64,000 nt of DNA, taken from Octopus vulgaris. Taxonomy: Eukaryota. Under the pieces are notes generated by a model, which saw nothing but the letters and a program-made list of their open reading frames with translations, did no database searches and was not told the DNA's origin. The DNA is taken from positions 6,572,001-6,636,000 of the forward strand of contig OX597817.1 of assembly GCA_951406725.2 (NCBI GenBank). The letters are read 5' to 3'. Of the stretch, positions 63,851-64,000 are shown piece after piece. The position numbers were made by a program, and so were the translations under genes. Position 1 is the stretch's first letter. Each line of letters starts with the position of its first letter.

Positions 63851-64000
63851 TAAGCGAAGTGGAACACTATGCTGGTTGAAAAAGAAAAGTACTAAAGAGG
63901 TGTTTGCGTTTTCTCACAGGAAACAAACACGAAAAGCACCCTTGAAATACGGATTCCATTGTGCTAAAGGTTTTATAAGTAAAAGATAATTAAATTTATT

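Overview
AT-rich, microsatellite-dense eukaryotic DNA. The SINE families and repeat landscape resemble an octopus (cephalopod) genome, which is an inference from recognition rather than a database search. No intact host gene is visible; there is one weak candidate coding exon at 369-537. Most listed ORFs are microsatellite artefacts. The window is mainly transposable-element remnants: two full-length dead mariners, one complete non-autonomous Helitron, a CR1 3' end, three R4/Dong-type fragments, three Tx1/L1-clade pieces sitting in (TATC)n, a Penelope-like GIY-YIG remnant and about 20 tRNA-derived SINEs of two families. The most interesting signal is a set of minimal type-I hammerhead-ribozyme-like motifs. 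Five sit in Penelope pLTR-like repeats that end on (TA)n. Further outward-facing pairs sit inside three unrelated 200-780 bp palindromes next to (TA)n. A second notable signal is two diverged Tx1 copies in tandem with the same 5' truncation point and a duplicated ~105 bp flank, whose 3' end resembles one SINE tail. All alignments and folds were done by eye.
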